DNA of 24,156 nucleotides from a virus. Its lineage: Duplodnaviria; Heunggongvirae; Uroviricota; Caudoviricetes. This document shows, piece by piece, positions 1-9,345 of the stretch (position 1 is its first letter; every line of letters starts with the position of its first letter). Position numbers and translations under genes: made by a program. Location of the stretch: IMG/VR virus record IMGVR_UViG_644736359_000007; one strand, 5' to 3'. The notes beneath the pieces were generated by a model that searched no databases, had not been told where the DNA came from, and saw only the letters and a list, made by a program, of their open reading frames with translations.

Positions 1-1362
1 ATGTTTAAACCGGAACTCCTTTCCCCGGCGGGAACGCTGAAAAATATGCGTTACGCTTTCGCTTATGGCGCAGATGCTGTTTATGCGGGCCAGCCGCGTT
101 ACTCCCTGCGTGTGCGCAACAACGAATTCAACCACGAAAATCTTCAGCTCGGCATCAATGAAGCCCACGCGCTGGGGAAAAAGTTTTATGTCGTGGTCAA
201 CATTGCACCGCACAACGCCAAGCTGAAAACCTTTATCCGTGACCTGAAACCGGTGGTGGAAATGGGGCCGGATGCGCTGATTATGTCCGATCCAGGGCTG
301 ATTATGCTGGTGCGTGAGCACTTCCCTGAAATGCCGATCCACCTCTCGGTGCAAGCTAACGCCGTAAACTGGGCGACGGTGAAATTCTGGCAGCAAATGG
401 GCCTGACCCGCGTGATCCTCTCTCGCGAGCTGTCGCTGGAAGAGATTGAAGAGATCCGCAATCAGGTGCCGGATATGGAGATCGAGATCTTCGTTCACGG
501 CGCACTGTGCATGGCCTACTCCGGTCGCTGCCTGCTCTCTGGCTATATCAACAAGCGCGATCCGAACCAGGGTACCTGCACCAACGCCTGCCGCTGGGAG
601 TACAACGTCCAGGAAGGGAAAGAAGATGACGTTGGCAACATCGTACACAAGTACGAGCCGATTCCGGTGCAAAATGTTGAGCCGACGCTGGGTATCGGCG
701 CGCCAACCGACAAAGTGTTTATGATCGAAGAAGCCCAGCGTCCGGGCGAGTATATGACCGCGTTTGAAGATGAGCACGGCACTTACATCATGAACTCGAA
801 AGATCTGCGCGCCATCGCCCATGTAGAACGCCTGACCAAAATGGGCGTGCATTCGCTGAAAATCGAAGGCCGTACTAAATCTTTCTACTATTGCGCACGC
901 ACCGCACAGGTTTACCGTAAAGCTATCGATGACGCCGCTGCGGGCAAACCGTTCGATACCAGCCTGCTGGAAACTCTGGAAGGTCTGGCGCATCGTGGCT
1001 ATACCGAAGGTTTCCTGCGTCGTCATACTCACGACGATTATCAGAACTACGAATACGGTTATTCAGTTTCTGACCGCCAGCAGTTTGTTGGTGAGTTTAC
1101 CGGTGAGCGCAAGGGGGACCTCGCGGCGGTAGCGGTGAAAAATAAATTCTCCGTTGGCGACAGCCTTGAGCTGATGACGCCGCAAGGCAACATTAACTTT
1201 ACCCTTGAGCACATGGAAAACGCCAAAGGTGAAGCGATGCCGGTCGCACCAGGCGATGGTTATACTGTGTGGCTCCCGGTCCCGCAGGATCTTGAGCTCA
1301 ATTACGCTCTGCTGATGCGTAATTTCTCCGGGGAAACCACGCGTAACCCACACGGTAAGTGA
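1..1362 (+). CDS. yegQ: U32-family peptidase-like protein YegQ (TrhP/RlhA family, tRNA hydroxylation)
   Basis: Complete 453-aa ORF beginning at window position 1; recognised from memory as E. coli YegQ (U32 peptidase family, Cys-rich segment GTCTNACRWEY); E. coli-like codon usage; followed by cyaR as in E. coli. Confidence 0.9.
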   Translation: MFKPELLSPAGTLKNMRYAFAYGADAVYAGQPRYSLRVRNNEFNHENLQLGINEAHALGKKFYVVVNIAPHNAKLKTFIRDLKPVVEMGPDALIMSDPGLIMLVREHFPEMPIHLSVQANAVNWATVKFWQQMGLTRVILSRELSLEEIEEIRNQVPDMEIEIFVHGALCMAYSGRCLLSGYINKRDPNQGTCTNACRWEYNVQEGKEDDVGNIVHKYEPIPVQNVEPTLGIGAPTDKVFMIEEAQRPGEYMTAFEDEHGTYIMNSKDLRAIAHVERLTKMGVHSLKIEGRTKSFYYCARTAQVYRKAIDDAAAGKPFDTSLLETLEGLAHRGYTEGFLRRHTHDDYQNYEYGYSVSDRQQFVGEFTGERKGDLAAVAVKNKFSVGDSLELMTPQGNINFTLEHMENAKGEAMPVAPGDGYTVWLPVPQDLELNYALLMRNFSGETTRNPHGK

Positions 1363-1396
1363 TTAATTTCGATTATTTTTCCCGGATGGAAAATTC

Positions 1397-1439
1397 TTAG
1401 AAACCGATCACATACAGCTGCATTTATTAAGGTTATCAT
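1397..1439 (+). promoter_or_regulatory. Putative cyaR promoter: CRP-like half-site TCACA near -40 and -10 hexamer TATCAT (1434-1439)
   Basis: TATCAT ends 7 nt before the inferred cyaR 5' end at 1447; an imperfect CRP-type site (TAGAA-N5-TCACA) is centred about 42 nt upstream. cyaR is known to be CRP-activated; the site here is a weak match. Confidence 0.4.
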
Positions 1440-1446
1440 CCGTTTC

Positions 1447-1533
1447 GCTGAAAAACATAACCCATAAAATGCTAGCTGTACCAGGAACCACCTCCTTAGC
1501 CTGTGTAATCTCCCTTACACGGGCTTATTTTTT
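1447..1533 (+). ncRNA. cyaR: CyaR (RyeE) Hfq-dependent small RNA
   Basis: 87-nt sequence GCTGAAAAACATAACCCATAAAATGCTAGC...CCTGTGTAATCTCCCTTACACGGGCTTATTTTTT matches the E. coli CyaR sRNA as I recall it, ending in an intrinsic terminator hairpin (CCTGTGTAA/TTACACGGG) plus U-tract; located immediately downstream of yegQ as in E. coli. Confidence 0.85.
1507..1533. mobile_element. Prophage attL: P2-type att core (AATCTCCCTTACACGGGCTTATTTTTT) overlapping the cyaR terminator
   Basis: 27-mer is the reverse complement of the P2 att core AAAAAATAAGCCCGTGTAAGGGAGATT (from memory); a second copy with one mismatch lies at 23653-23679 next to int. Confidence 0.8.
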
Positions 1534-1596
1534 ACGCGTAATACAATGAAATAAAAGGATTTATTTCTGGTCACGTCCACACATTGACCACATCGA

Positions 1597-1623
1597 CAAA
1601 AAAGCCCCTCGACTGAGGGGCTT
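1597..1623 (-). terminator. Intrinsic terminator downstream of ogr
   Basis: On the minus strand: stem AGCCCCTC / GAGGGGCT with 4-nt loop followed by TTTTTT, 12 nt after the ogr stop codon. Confidence 0.6.
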
Positions 1624-1634
1624 CCTGTTTGTAA

Positions 1635-1853
1635 TTACATCCACATAATTTGCTGCCCTGACGGCAACGGGTGCGGTCTTACGGCGTGGACTTCTCCCGG
1701 CTTCACGATGTATCGCTGTACCGACTCATAAGTGATGAACGTGGCGCTGCAATTCACGTTCTGGCACTGATGATAACGCTCTTTTGTCGTGTCAGTGATA
1801 TAGCGGCTTGTACGCGCATGTGCGGCATGCTGGCATAAAGGACAATGAAACAT
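1635..1853 (-). CDS. ogr: Ogr, zinc-finger late-gene transcription activator (P2 Ogr / E. coli OgrK-like)
   Basis: 72-aa product MFHCPLCQHAAHARTSRYITDTTKERYHQCQNVNCSATF... with C4 zinc-binding cysteines; start taken at the internal ATG (1853) with upstream GGAAGAGG RBS rather than the longer track ORF (1916). Confidence 0.9.
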   Translation of the reverse strand: MFHCPLCQHAAHARTSRYITDTTKERYHQCQNVNCSATFITYESVQRYIVKPGEVHAVRPHPLPSGQQIMWM

Positions 1854-1934
1854 CGCGAGCACCTCTTCCGGTTTGGTTGATGGTGCCATTTTAGTTAAAT
1901 TATCCTTATAAAACAAACAGATAAAATAAAAACA

Positions 1935-2714
1935 TCACTCATCATCTTCTGTTTCGTACTCCACATCAGAAAGCCTGACCTCAAGCTCCAGGGACGTCGT
2001 GAAGCCGCTATTATTCAGAAAATGTGTCACCTTAGTGATTGTCCAGTCCTGCTCGTCTATGACGCGCTTAAAGCCTGACACTTTAACCGGTGTTTCCGTG
2101 TAAATATCAGCACGACCGGTAGCCAGACTGATGGAGAACTCCGCAACGCCCCGTTGCAGCTTATCCCACTTCGCCTGAGCGGCGCGCATGGCCTGCGCTT
2201 TCGTGGCATATACCGTGGTCAGGGCAAAAACGTTGTCAGCCTCACCGGCCATGTATTCACCTTCACGCGCTTCCGGTACTTTAGGCGCTTTCTTCTGCCT
2301 GACCGGTTTCGCGTTCGGGTGCTCCAGTGCGCGCAGGTGTTTCTCTTTCTTTTTGCGTTTCAGTTTTACCTTCTGCTTTTGCGGTTTCGGGTCTTTGGTG
2401 TGTAACCACTTTGCCGTTACGCCTGTATCGTCGCGCTGGTAAGAGCCTGCAAAACGAATCGGCACGGCATCCACACCGGTTGCGGCGTAAAGCTCCCAGA
2501 TAACCGAATCCGGGAATCCACCGAGCGACCACTCCATTGACAGCGCATCGTCATCAAGGCCGAGGTCTACCGGTGCGCTGCCGTTCATCCCCGCACCGCG
2601 ATAGTTTTCGAGCTTACGGGTCAGTTTTGGCAGCGTGACGGACTTTGCAACGCCCTGATAGCTGTAGCCGTTCAGAAAGACGTTCATTAACTTGAGTTTG
2701 CGCGGCATTGCCAT
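1935..2714 (-). pseudogene. Hybrid ORF: N-terminal ~95 aa of P2 tail tube protein FII fused in frame to the C-terminal part of tail protein D (yegZ-like remnant)
   Basis: N-terminus MAMPRKLKLMNVFLNGYSYQG... is the P2 FII start with a strong RBS (AAGGAG); after ...PIRFAGSYQRDDTG the sequence switches to a lysine-rich linker and a C-terminus (...FTTSLELEVRLSDVEYETEDDE) that I recall as gpD-like. Genes E, T, U and most of D are absent, consistent with an internal deletion. Confidence 0.65.
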
Positions 2715-2726
2715 CGGTCAGGCTCC

Positions 2727-3917
2727 TTAATTGCTGTTAACCGAGGTAACCAGACTTGCCAGGTATCTGGAAGTAATACGCTGGCGCAGGGTCAGGTTTT
2801 CGAGAGGAGGCACCGGGGTATAGTCGTAGTCGATATACAGTTTTCCGGCCTTGAGGGTTTCCGCATCATTGGCTTCTTCACTGAACCAGCATGTGCCATC
2901 CACGATATAACCGTTGTTTTTCAGTTCGCGGAATTTGGCATTAATGCCATCAATGATGTCACGAATCAGCGTTGCGGTAATTGGCTTATCAATAGCCCAC
3001 ATGTGCGCCTCGGCCATCGTGTCGGCCAGTACCTGCGCGGTGCGGGTGTAGCTTTCAAAGAGGAACAGCGGGTCATCAGAGCAGGTACGGTTACCCCAGA
3101 AGCGGAAGCCGTCGCGGCGAATCAGCGTAGTGATGCCTGACTCGTTAAGCAGGTCAGCATCAGTACCGGACTTCTGCAAATCCCAGAATACAGAGGCGCT
3201 GATGCCGGTAACACCATTTACCCCGACGTTGGACAGCGTTTTATGCCAGCCCTGCTCCTGGTCGATTTTGGCACGCAGCCCCAGCGCACGGGCGGTGGCA
3301 TACGCGGTGGCAGTGGTACTGGTAACCGTATCCCATGCGAGGAAATCCGGCCAGATGACCATCAGCTCACGCTGGCTGAAATTCTGACGGTAGGCTTTTG
3401 CCTCGGAAATGGTTTTACAGCCCCATGCGCTGATATACCCGAATGCATTCAGTTCCTGGCATACCGATGCCAGTGCGACGGCAACCTCTTTGGTGTCCAG
3501 CCCCGGCACACCAAGAATGCGCGGTTTAACGCCGGTAACCGACTCAGCCCCCATCAGGGCTTTCAGTCCGGTGTACTGACCGTTTTCGTCAGTGGTGCCG
3601 ATGATATTGGAAACGGTCTGCGCGAGTTTCGTTTCCTCGTCGTCGCCGGTGCCGTCTTCCACACGCACGACAACAGTGACCGGTTTTGACTGGTCGGCGA
3701 TAGCCTGCAACGACGCCGCCAGCGTGCCTTTTTTACCGGCCTTTGCAATTGCGCTCTGTACATTGGTAATCAGCACCGGTTTATTGACGGGGAAGGTTTC
3801 CGCATCCGCATCGCTGGCCGTGCAGACCATGCCGACAATGGCCGTGGATACGGTGGAAATGACGCGGGTGCCGTCGTTAATCTCCAGCACCTGCACGCCG
3901 TGATGATAGTCACTCAT
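2727..3917 (-). CDS. FI: Contractile tail sheath protein FI
   Basis: 396-aa product MSDYHHGVQVLEINDGTRVISTVSTAIVGMV... matches P2 gpFI from memory; start at ATG 3917 with GGAG RBS (8-nt spacer). The track ORF extends 50 codons further upstream without support. Confidence 0.9.
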   Translation of the reverse strand: MSDYHHGVQVLEINDGTRVISTVSTAIVGMVCTASDADAETFPVNKPVLITNVQSAIAKAGKKGTLAASLQAIADQSKPVTVVVRVEDGTGDDEETKLAQTVSNIIGTTDENGQYTGLKALMGAESVTGVKPRILGVPGLDTKEVAVALASVCQELNAFGYISAWGCKTISEAKAYRQNFSQRELMVIWPDFLAWDTVTSTTATAYATARALGLRAKIDQEQGWHKTLSNVGVNGVTGISASVFWDLQKSGTDADLLNESGITTLIRRDGFRFWGNRTCSDDPLFLFESYTRTAQVLADTMAEAHMWAIDKPITATLIRDIIDGINAKFRELKNNGYIVDGTCWFSEEANDAETLKAGKLYIDYDYTPVPPLENLTLRQRITSRYLASLVTSVNSN

Positions 3918-4387
3918 CCGTTTAACTCCGTGGTTAATGGGTGCAACTATTTTCTGTTGTGCGAAGCATGAGACGCTATTTGACCTGGCTGGGCAGTGGA
4001 TGAAACAACAGATAAAGAAAAAGTGGGCAACTTGCCCGCCTCTATTTATTGCGGTATACCCAGCCATTCAGGATTTGTTGCTACTCATAATTACCTGCAA
4101 AGAAACAAAGAAAAGATGAAAATACAAGCTGTCTGGTACAAAGAAATCCATCAGACTTCCAACACCCCATACATGTGCCCCCACCACGGTATGCTGCTCC
4201 GCTTCCCTTTGCGGATATTTTCTATCCATCGATTTTCAGCCAGGATATGCACGTGCGCGATGAAGAATGTCACACTACTATTGCCTTGTAAGCCCAGTTC
4301 CCGGTAAGAATAGCAACCAGCATCTGCGCTGCTACAGCACAAAGCGAGTGTATATTTGGGGGGAATATCCTTCATAAACTGTTCGAC

Positions 4388-4413
4388 GAAACCACGCTGT
4401 GGTTTCTCTTGTT
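4388..4413 (+). terminator. Hairpin plus T-rich tail (terminator-like) on + strand
   Basis: GAAACCAC-GCT-GTGGTTTC followed by TCTTGTT; no convincing upstream + strand gene. Confidence 0.35.
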
Positions 4414-4530
4414 ATCAAACCGAGTGGCATTATCACTAGTTTTACTAAATTACCAACTTCACTGTGAATGATATGCATGATAGAATCAGAAAATTAAATT
4501 ATACAGATCTTAATCAATTCCGCGTTTTAT

Positions 4531-4556
4531 GCCCGTTGCTTCCACGGGCTTTTTTT
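4531..4556 (+). terminator. Intrinsic terminator on + strand in ORF-free AT-rich segment
   Basis: GCCCGT-TGCTTCC-ACGGGC followed by TTTTTTT. Confidence 0.5.
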
Positions 4557-4651
4557 AAAAAATCACCTAAAATAAATAATTATATTCACTTTTATTCTAA
4601 TACAGAATAGAATATGAAATCGTCAATTTGTACCATTAATTTTCAAATCTT

Positions 4652-4681
4652 CCCCGCCTTCGAGAGAATGCGGGGCTTTTT
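4652..4681 (+). terminator. Intrinsic terminator-like hairpin on + strand
   Basis: CCCCGC ... GCGGGG stem with 12-nt loop followed by CTTTTT. Confidence 0.4.
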
Positions 4682-4829
4682 ACATGAGTACAACTTCACA
4701 TTAACTATTTTTATACTTATAATTTGCTTTGCTTAAAAATGTTCAAAATGTACGCCAACATATTTAATTATGCTGATTTTATCACCAACAAAACTATCAC
4801 CATGCAAACAATCCCTCGTGTTAGTTATA

Positions 4830-4845
4830 CTGCAATGCATTGCAG
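4830..4845. repeat. Perfect 16-bp palindrome CTGCAATGCATTGCAG, about 115 bp upstream of the leader ORF ATG
   Basis: Exact dyad symmetry seen directly in sequence; plausible binding site for a dimeric regulator. Confidence 0.9.
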
Positions 4846-4959
4846 CATGATGTGCTGATGACTTCATTAAATCATGTCACAATGTTCAGATATAATGCTT
4901 CATGTTATGAGATAGCATTCTGAATATTCATAAACATTATTAACGTTAGAGGTTGCATA

Positions 4960-5146
<187 letters not shown>

Positions 5147-5175
<29 letters not shown>

Positions 5176-6265
5176 TTGCCCTTATTATACTATAAAAGGC
5201 AACACTAAAAAAGAAAACATTTCATCTTCTGCTGTTTTAACAACAGCCCTGCATACTTCTCTTCTAAAAATCACAACGGTAATTAATGAAATTAATTCTA
5301 TTTATCCCTTTGATGTCTCAGTTGTTATTCCGGTTCACAACCGAGAAACCCTTATTCTCGAATGCATTAAATCTTTAAACAATCAGACTATAGATAAAAA
5401 TTGTTTTGAAGTTATTTTCATTGATGACTGTTCCACTGACAGGAGCATTGCCGCCATTGAATATAACATTTCGAGAGAAATAAATTATCGTATTATCCGT
5501 AGAGCAGTTGGTTCAGGGAATGCATCAGCGCCGCGAAATGAGGGAATAAAATCCGCAAAAGGTCGCTATGTGTTTTTCTTAGACTCTGATGATTCCATTC
5601 ACTCTGACTTACTGTCCGATGGTATTCAGATGGCTTATAAAAACAATAGTGACATTGTATATTTCAAGCAGGTTTCCTCTACAGGGAGAGGGGTTCCTGT
5701 ACGCCCATTTAAGGCAGACACGAATAAAGCAGATATTATAAAAAACCATCTTTTTAGATCATTAAAAATCTTCAAGTTCTTTAAAAGAGAGTTGCTAATC
5801 AATAACAACATCTTATTTAACCCATCAATTTCAGTCTATGAGGATATGCTTTTTTCTTGCCAGAGCCTAACTGTAGCTAATACGATATCTATACTGGCAA
5901 GAAAGGGCTACTACTCTCTGAATCGCCATGAAGAACCACATCTATCTAAAACATCTTTCTCCATTAAACAAAGAGCCTTGGTATTACAAACAGGTTTGAT
6001 TTATATCTTATCAAGCAATAAAAATGAAGCAGAAATAGTAAAAATGTTTAATGCATGGCTGGTTATTTGCGTTGAGCACTTGGCATCCATATTATCCAAA
6101 AAAAGTTTAACAACTAATGAGAAGTCTCACGTTTTTAACTTGATACATAAATCACTCTTACCATATACAGGGCTTGTAAATGAGTCCCAAATATATCCCG
6201 CACAAAGAGAGCTTGTCAGTTGCTTAATCTGTGGAGATTATTCTTCTTTTTGCGAAAAAATATAA
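5147..6265 (+). CDS. Family-2 (GT-A fold) glycosyltransferase
   Basis: Conserved GT2 motifs VSVVIPVHN, DDCSTD, APRNEG and FLDSDD in the first ~150 aa. There is no in-frame ATG: candidate starts are GTG 5147 or GTG 5153 (AGGTG RBS-like at 5143-5147), or ATG 4960 after a one-unit change in the AGCC tract. AT-rich, atypical for the prophage backbone. Confidence 0.75.
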
Positions 6266-6304
6266 AAACACTTAACTACAGATACTCCTAACTTTGTATC
6301 TGAC

Positions 6305-6334
6305 GCCCCTCACCCTAAATTAAGGGTGAGGGGC
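6305..6334. repeat. GC-rich inverted repeat (12-bp stem GCCCCTCACCCT / AGGGTGAGGGGC) followed by an A-tract
   Basis: Strong hairpin 40 nt downstream of the GT2 stop; flanked by A-run on the 3' side of the + strand, so not a canonical terminator for either strand. Confidence 0.5.
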
Positions 6335-6476
6335 AAAAAAAATAATTATTTGATGTTATATTTATATGCCATCACATCTTTTAACTCCAGTTGTTACGGG
6401 GAGGACAGTGACTCGTATCAACTAAAGTTTGATCTGTAGATAACACTATTTTAAGCAGATACTCATTAAGGCTTGT

Positions 6477-9335
6477 TTATTCTGAAGTCTCCAACTTCAT
6501 CAAACGACGATTTAAGTCAACAAAGCGTTCCATTAACAAATCCACCTGGCTGACAACAGCACGTAGACACCACCAGAGAAGCTCCTCTTTCCGGAAGCGA
6601 TAACGGCTTCCTGCTTCGGTTGCAGGGCGAACAAGAACCCTTTCCGCCTGTCGGGTAAGCACACGAGTTGTCCCGCTCAACAGCTCCCCTTCATCCGAAT
6701 AAATCGCTGGCTGAACCGGAATATCTTCATACTCTTCCGGTATATCTTCGTACTGTGCCTCCTCCGCTTCCCACGAATCCAGACAAAATGCGCTGTATTT
6801 CCGCCAGTCCAGACCGTGTTTCTCCATCACCGCTATCGCGGCCTGGACTGTCGGCCCGGCGTGCAGACGCGCGTCCTCGCCCTCCTCCTCAATTCTCTGT
6901 AACCAGCGCCACACGCCCGGAAGCCGTGCTATTTCTGCAAATGCCGCGTTTTCGGCTGCCGTCGCATCGCGCGGTGTATCCTTTAACGTCGCATCCGACA
7001 CAACGGTCGGCGAGTTGCAGAGATACACGCTCCGGAACGCTTTGTTGGGCGCACCCAGGTCGCTGGTATTGTTAACCGATGGCCGGAATGCACCGTTAAT
7101 ATCTGTATCCATCTGCATGAATGCAGTGCCGTCACTACGGGCTGCAATTACATAAGCGTCAGCAGAATCGTCATAAATACCCAGATTCCCGGCTGTTGAT
7201 ACCTGGAAAGCTCCCGCCTTCAGCGTGGTGCTGATGGCCATGCGCTTCTGGGTTTCGTCATCCGATTTAATATTCACGCCCTGCAGGTATGCCACATTCC
7301 AGCGATTTGGCGATGACCCCAGATTCATTGCCTTGTCCTGGTCGGGATGAAATGCCGGCGAGACCGGACTCAATAATACAGACCAGGTCTCACTGCCATC
7401 GGTACAATAAAGCCTTGTGCGCCCCGCCGACTGAGTATCGTTCATTGAGTAAAGGTTAATCCCGCCACCGCTCAACAAATCCACGTCAGCGCGTATTTCC
7501 AGACAATCGTGCACGGTGTTCAGTCGGTGTTTCCACTGAACGAAGCGGCCTGTGTATTCTCCGGTTCGGAACGCATCCCCGTACAAACGAAAAACAGCAG
7601 CAGAAGTGTCTGTATCCGGAGCCTCCTTTCTGACCTCAAATAACGGGCGATGCGAGCGCAGATTCTGCTCATAGGCTGCCACCTGGAAGTCTTCATTGGG
7701 TGACAGGGCAATATTTACAGCATTGGGACTCAGAAAAAGGCTAGCATGGCTGTCAGGAAACGCCACGCCGGAGTCCACCAGATAGCCTGTGCCGTCGTAA
7801 GCCTCCACGGAAACCACAGCTTTGCTGCGTTTTGTCGCCACGCCACACGTATAAGACTTCGTGGCATCATATTTCGTTGCAGCCGCCGTTCCATATGCTG
7901 TAGGCGTCCAGTAAGATGGATTCACCGGGGAACGGCCAGAAAAATTTGTTGCACGTGCTGCAAAGTATGCCCCCTCAAAAGAAACCACATCTGCTGTCTG
8001 ACACCAGAAATCCATATCGAGCAGATACAGTTTTCCGTTATGAAGAGCCAGCCCTTCGGCTTCCTGCAAAACGGGATACCCCAGCTCTGCATTCCCCAGC
8101 ATTTTCTGGCGGCCATACCTGGCACGAACGCCATCCACATTGAACTGTCTGACAACTTCGCCCGTTGACAGGTTATATACAACAATGCGGTGAGTCAGAA
8201 ATACGCCTGTATAACCGTAATAAGCAAACAGATAATGACCATCGCTGGCCATCCCCTGAAATGCCTGCGACACCATTGACTGGGTGGACAGATAAATCCG
8301 GTGTTTAAACGTCAGAGAAGCGCGATCGAAAACATAAACTGTGCGGCGGTCATCCCTGTTGTAATGAAGATGGACGGCTTCATTACTTGACTGAACAATC
8401 AACAGGCTTCCGTCTACCGACAATGCCACCGTTATAATTTCATCCCCGGTAAAAAAGTCAGAGGTGAAAATCTCCGTACGGGTGACATCTGTCAGACTGG
8501 TGTCAGCCCCATTCCAGTTGATGATATTCACACCCTTGCCGTCAGCGGTCGGGGTATACAGCATCACGCGACCGTCTTCACATACAGCCCCGATACTCTG
8601 GTGACCAATATCAGCGAAAACGGGAGAAAACGAAATGACCGTCGGGTTTTCGTTTTCTCCGTCAGGGTTAAATGTCGTTTCAACAATCCTTACGCCACCC
8701 GATACAGGCTGATGCAGAAACATTCTGGTTCCCTGCGGCGTATCACAGATACAGAACCCCTGACTCATATTATCCGCACCGTCAAAAATCCCGGCGTAGT
8801 CAATATCGTGGACAACTTTATGCTGAAGAACCACATCATCAATGACAGTACGATGAAAACTGGATATGGCTTTATCGACGTAATCCTGCGTCGCCATCAC
8901 CGTGCTGGCATCAATACTCAGCTCAACAGACGCCACGTTACTGACAATAATAACCATGCGGCAGGTCTGCGCACGCCCGGAGCCTTCAGCCAGTTCAGGC
9001 TTATAGCTTTCTACCATGTTAGCGACCGCAATCAGTGTTCCGGCATCGTCATACAGACCAAGTTCACGCATCCAGAAGCCGCCCACTTCTGGCGGTACAA
9101 CCAGTTCAGCCACGATATAGTTTTTATTCTTGTTATCCACGCTGACTTTATTCAGGGCGTGACGCCAGACCTCATGCACCAGTTTCGTCTGACCAGCATC
9201 CGGCACCGGCAATTTGCCATTACCGTCACCCACGGCCATTGCAGACAGGGTTACTTTTTTCCCGCCGGGGACAGTGGCGGCTGCCAGCTTTGCGGCTCCG
9301 GCAGTAGTGATAACGGTTTTAAATTTCGTGCTCAT
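6477..9335 (-). CDS. H: Tail fibre protein (P2 gpH-like N-terminal anchor domain with a divergent, longer distal region)
   Basis: N-terminal ~150 aa (MSTKFKTVITTAGAAKLAAAT...WRHALNK...GGFWMRELGLYDDAGTLIAVANM...) matches P2 gpH from memory; 952 aa versus 669 aa in P2; positioned directly after gene I as in P2. Confidence 0.8.
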   Translation of the reverse strand: MSTKFKTVITTAGAAKLAAATVPGGKKVTLSAMAVGDGNGKLPVPDAGQTKLVHEVWRHALNKVSVDNKNKNYIVAELVVPPEVGGFWMRELGLYDDAGTLIAVANMVESYKPELAEGSGRAQTCRMVIIVSNVASVELSIDASTVMATQDYVDKAISSFHRTVIDDVVLQHKVVHDIDYAGIFDGADNMSQGFCICDTPQGTRMFLHQPVSGGVRIVETTFNPDGENENPTVISFSPVFADIGHQSIGAVCEDGRVMLYTPTADGKGVNIINWNGADTSLTDVTRTEIFTSDFFTGDEIITVALSVDGSLLIVQSSNEAVHLHYNRDDRRTVYVFDRASLTFKHRIYLSTQSMVSQAFQGMASDGHYLFAYYGYTGVFLTHRIVVYNLSTGEVVRQFNVDGVRARYGRQKMLGNAELGYPVLQEAEGLALHNGKLYLLDMDFWCQTADVVSFEGAYFAARATNFSGRSPVNPSYWTPTAYGTAAATKYDATKSYTCGVATKRSKAVVSVEAYDGTGYLVDSGVAFPDSHASLFLSPNAVNIALSPNEDFQVAAYEQNLRSHRPLFEVRKEAPDTDTSAAVFRLYGDAFRTGEYTGRFVQWKHRLNTVHDCLEIRADVDLLSGGGINLYSMNDTQSAGRTRLYCTDGSETWSVLLSPVSPAFHPDQDKAMNLGSSPNRWNVAYLQGVNIKSDDETQKRMAISTTLKAGAFQVSTAGNLGIYDDSADAYVIAARSDGTAFMQMDTDINGAFRPSVNNTSDLGAPNKAFRSVYLCNSPTVVSDATLKDTPRDATAAENAAFAEIARLPGVWRWLQRIEEEGEDARLHAGPTVQAAIAVMEKHGLDWRKYSAFCLDSWEAEEAQYEDIPEEYEDIPVQPAIYSDEGELLSGTTRVLTRQAERVLVRPATEAGSRYRFRKEELLWWCLRAVVSQVDLLMERFVDLNRRLMKLETSE

Positions 9336-9345
9336 TGTTTCTCAC

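Noticed and set aside
1447-1533. tRNA gene as the integration target
   Set aside because: The att core lies in the CyaR sRNA terminator; no cloverleaf-forming sequence or tRNA-like features are present at either junction.
1854-1916. N-terminal 21-codon extension of the ogr ORF in the six-frame track
   Set aside because: Ogr is a 72-aa protein beginning MFHCPL; the internal ATG at 1853 has a good RBS, and the extension has none.
3243-3689. 148-aa + strand ORF inside FI
   Set aside because: Antisense shadow ORF; FI on the minus strand is strongly supported.
3918-4067. 50-codon N-terminal extension of the FI ORF
   Set aside because: The P2 sheath protein starts at MSDYHH with a GGAG RBS; the extension is Cys/Phe-rich and looks non-coding.
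3937-4375. Small ORFs (60, 103 and 74 aa) between FI and the AT-rich island as a possible gene G or Z/fun remnant
   Set aside because: Translations are low-complexity and mutually overlapping; I could not recognise tail-fibre-assembly or any other motif, so left unannotated.
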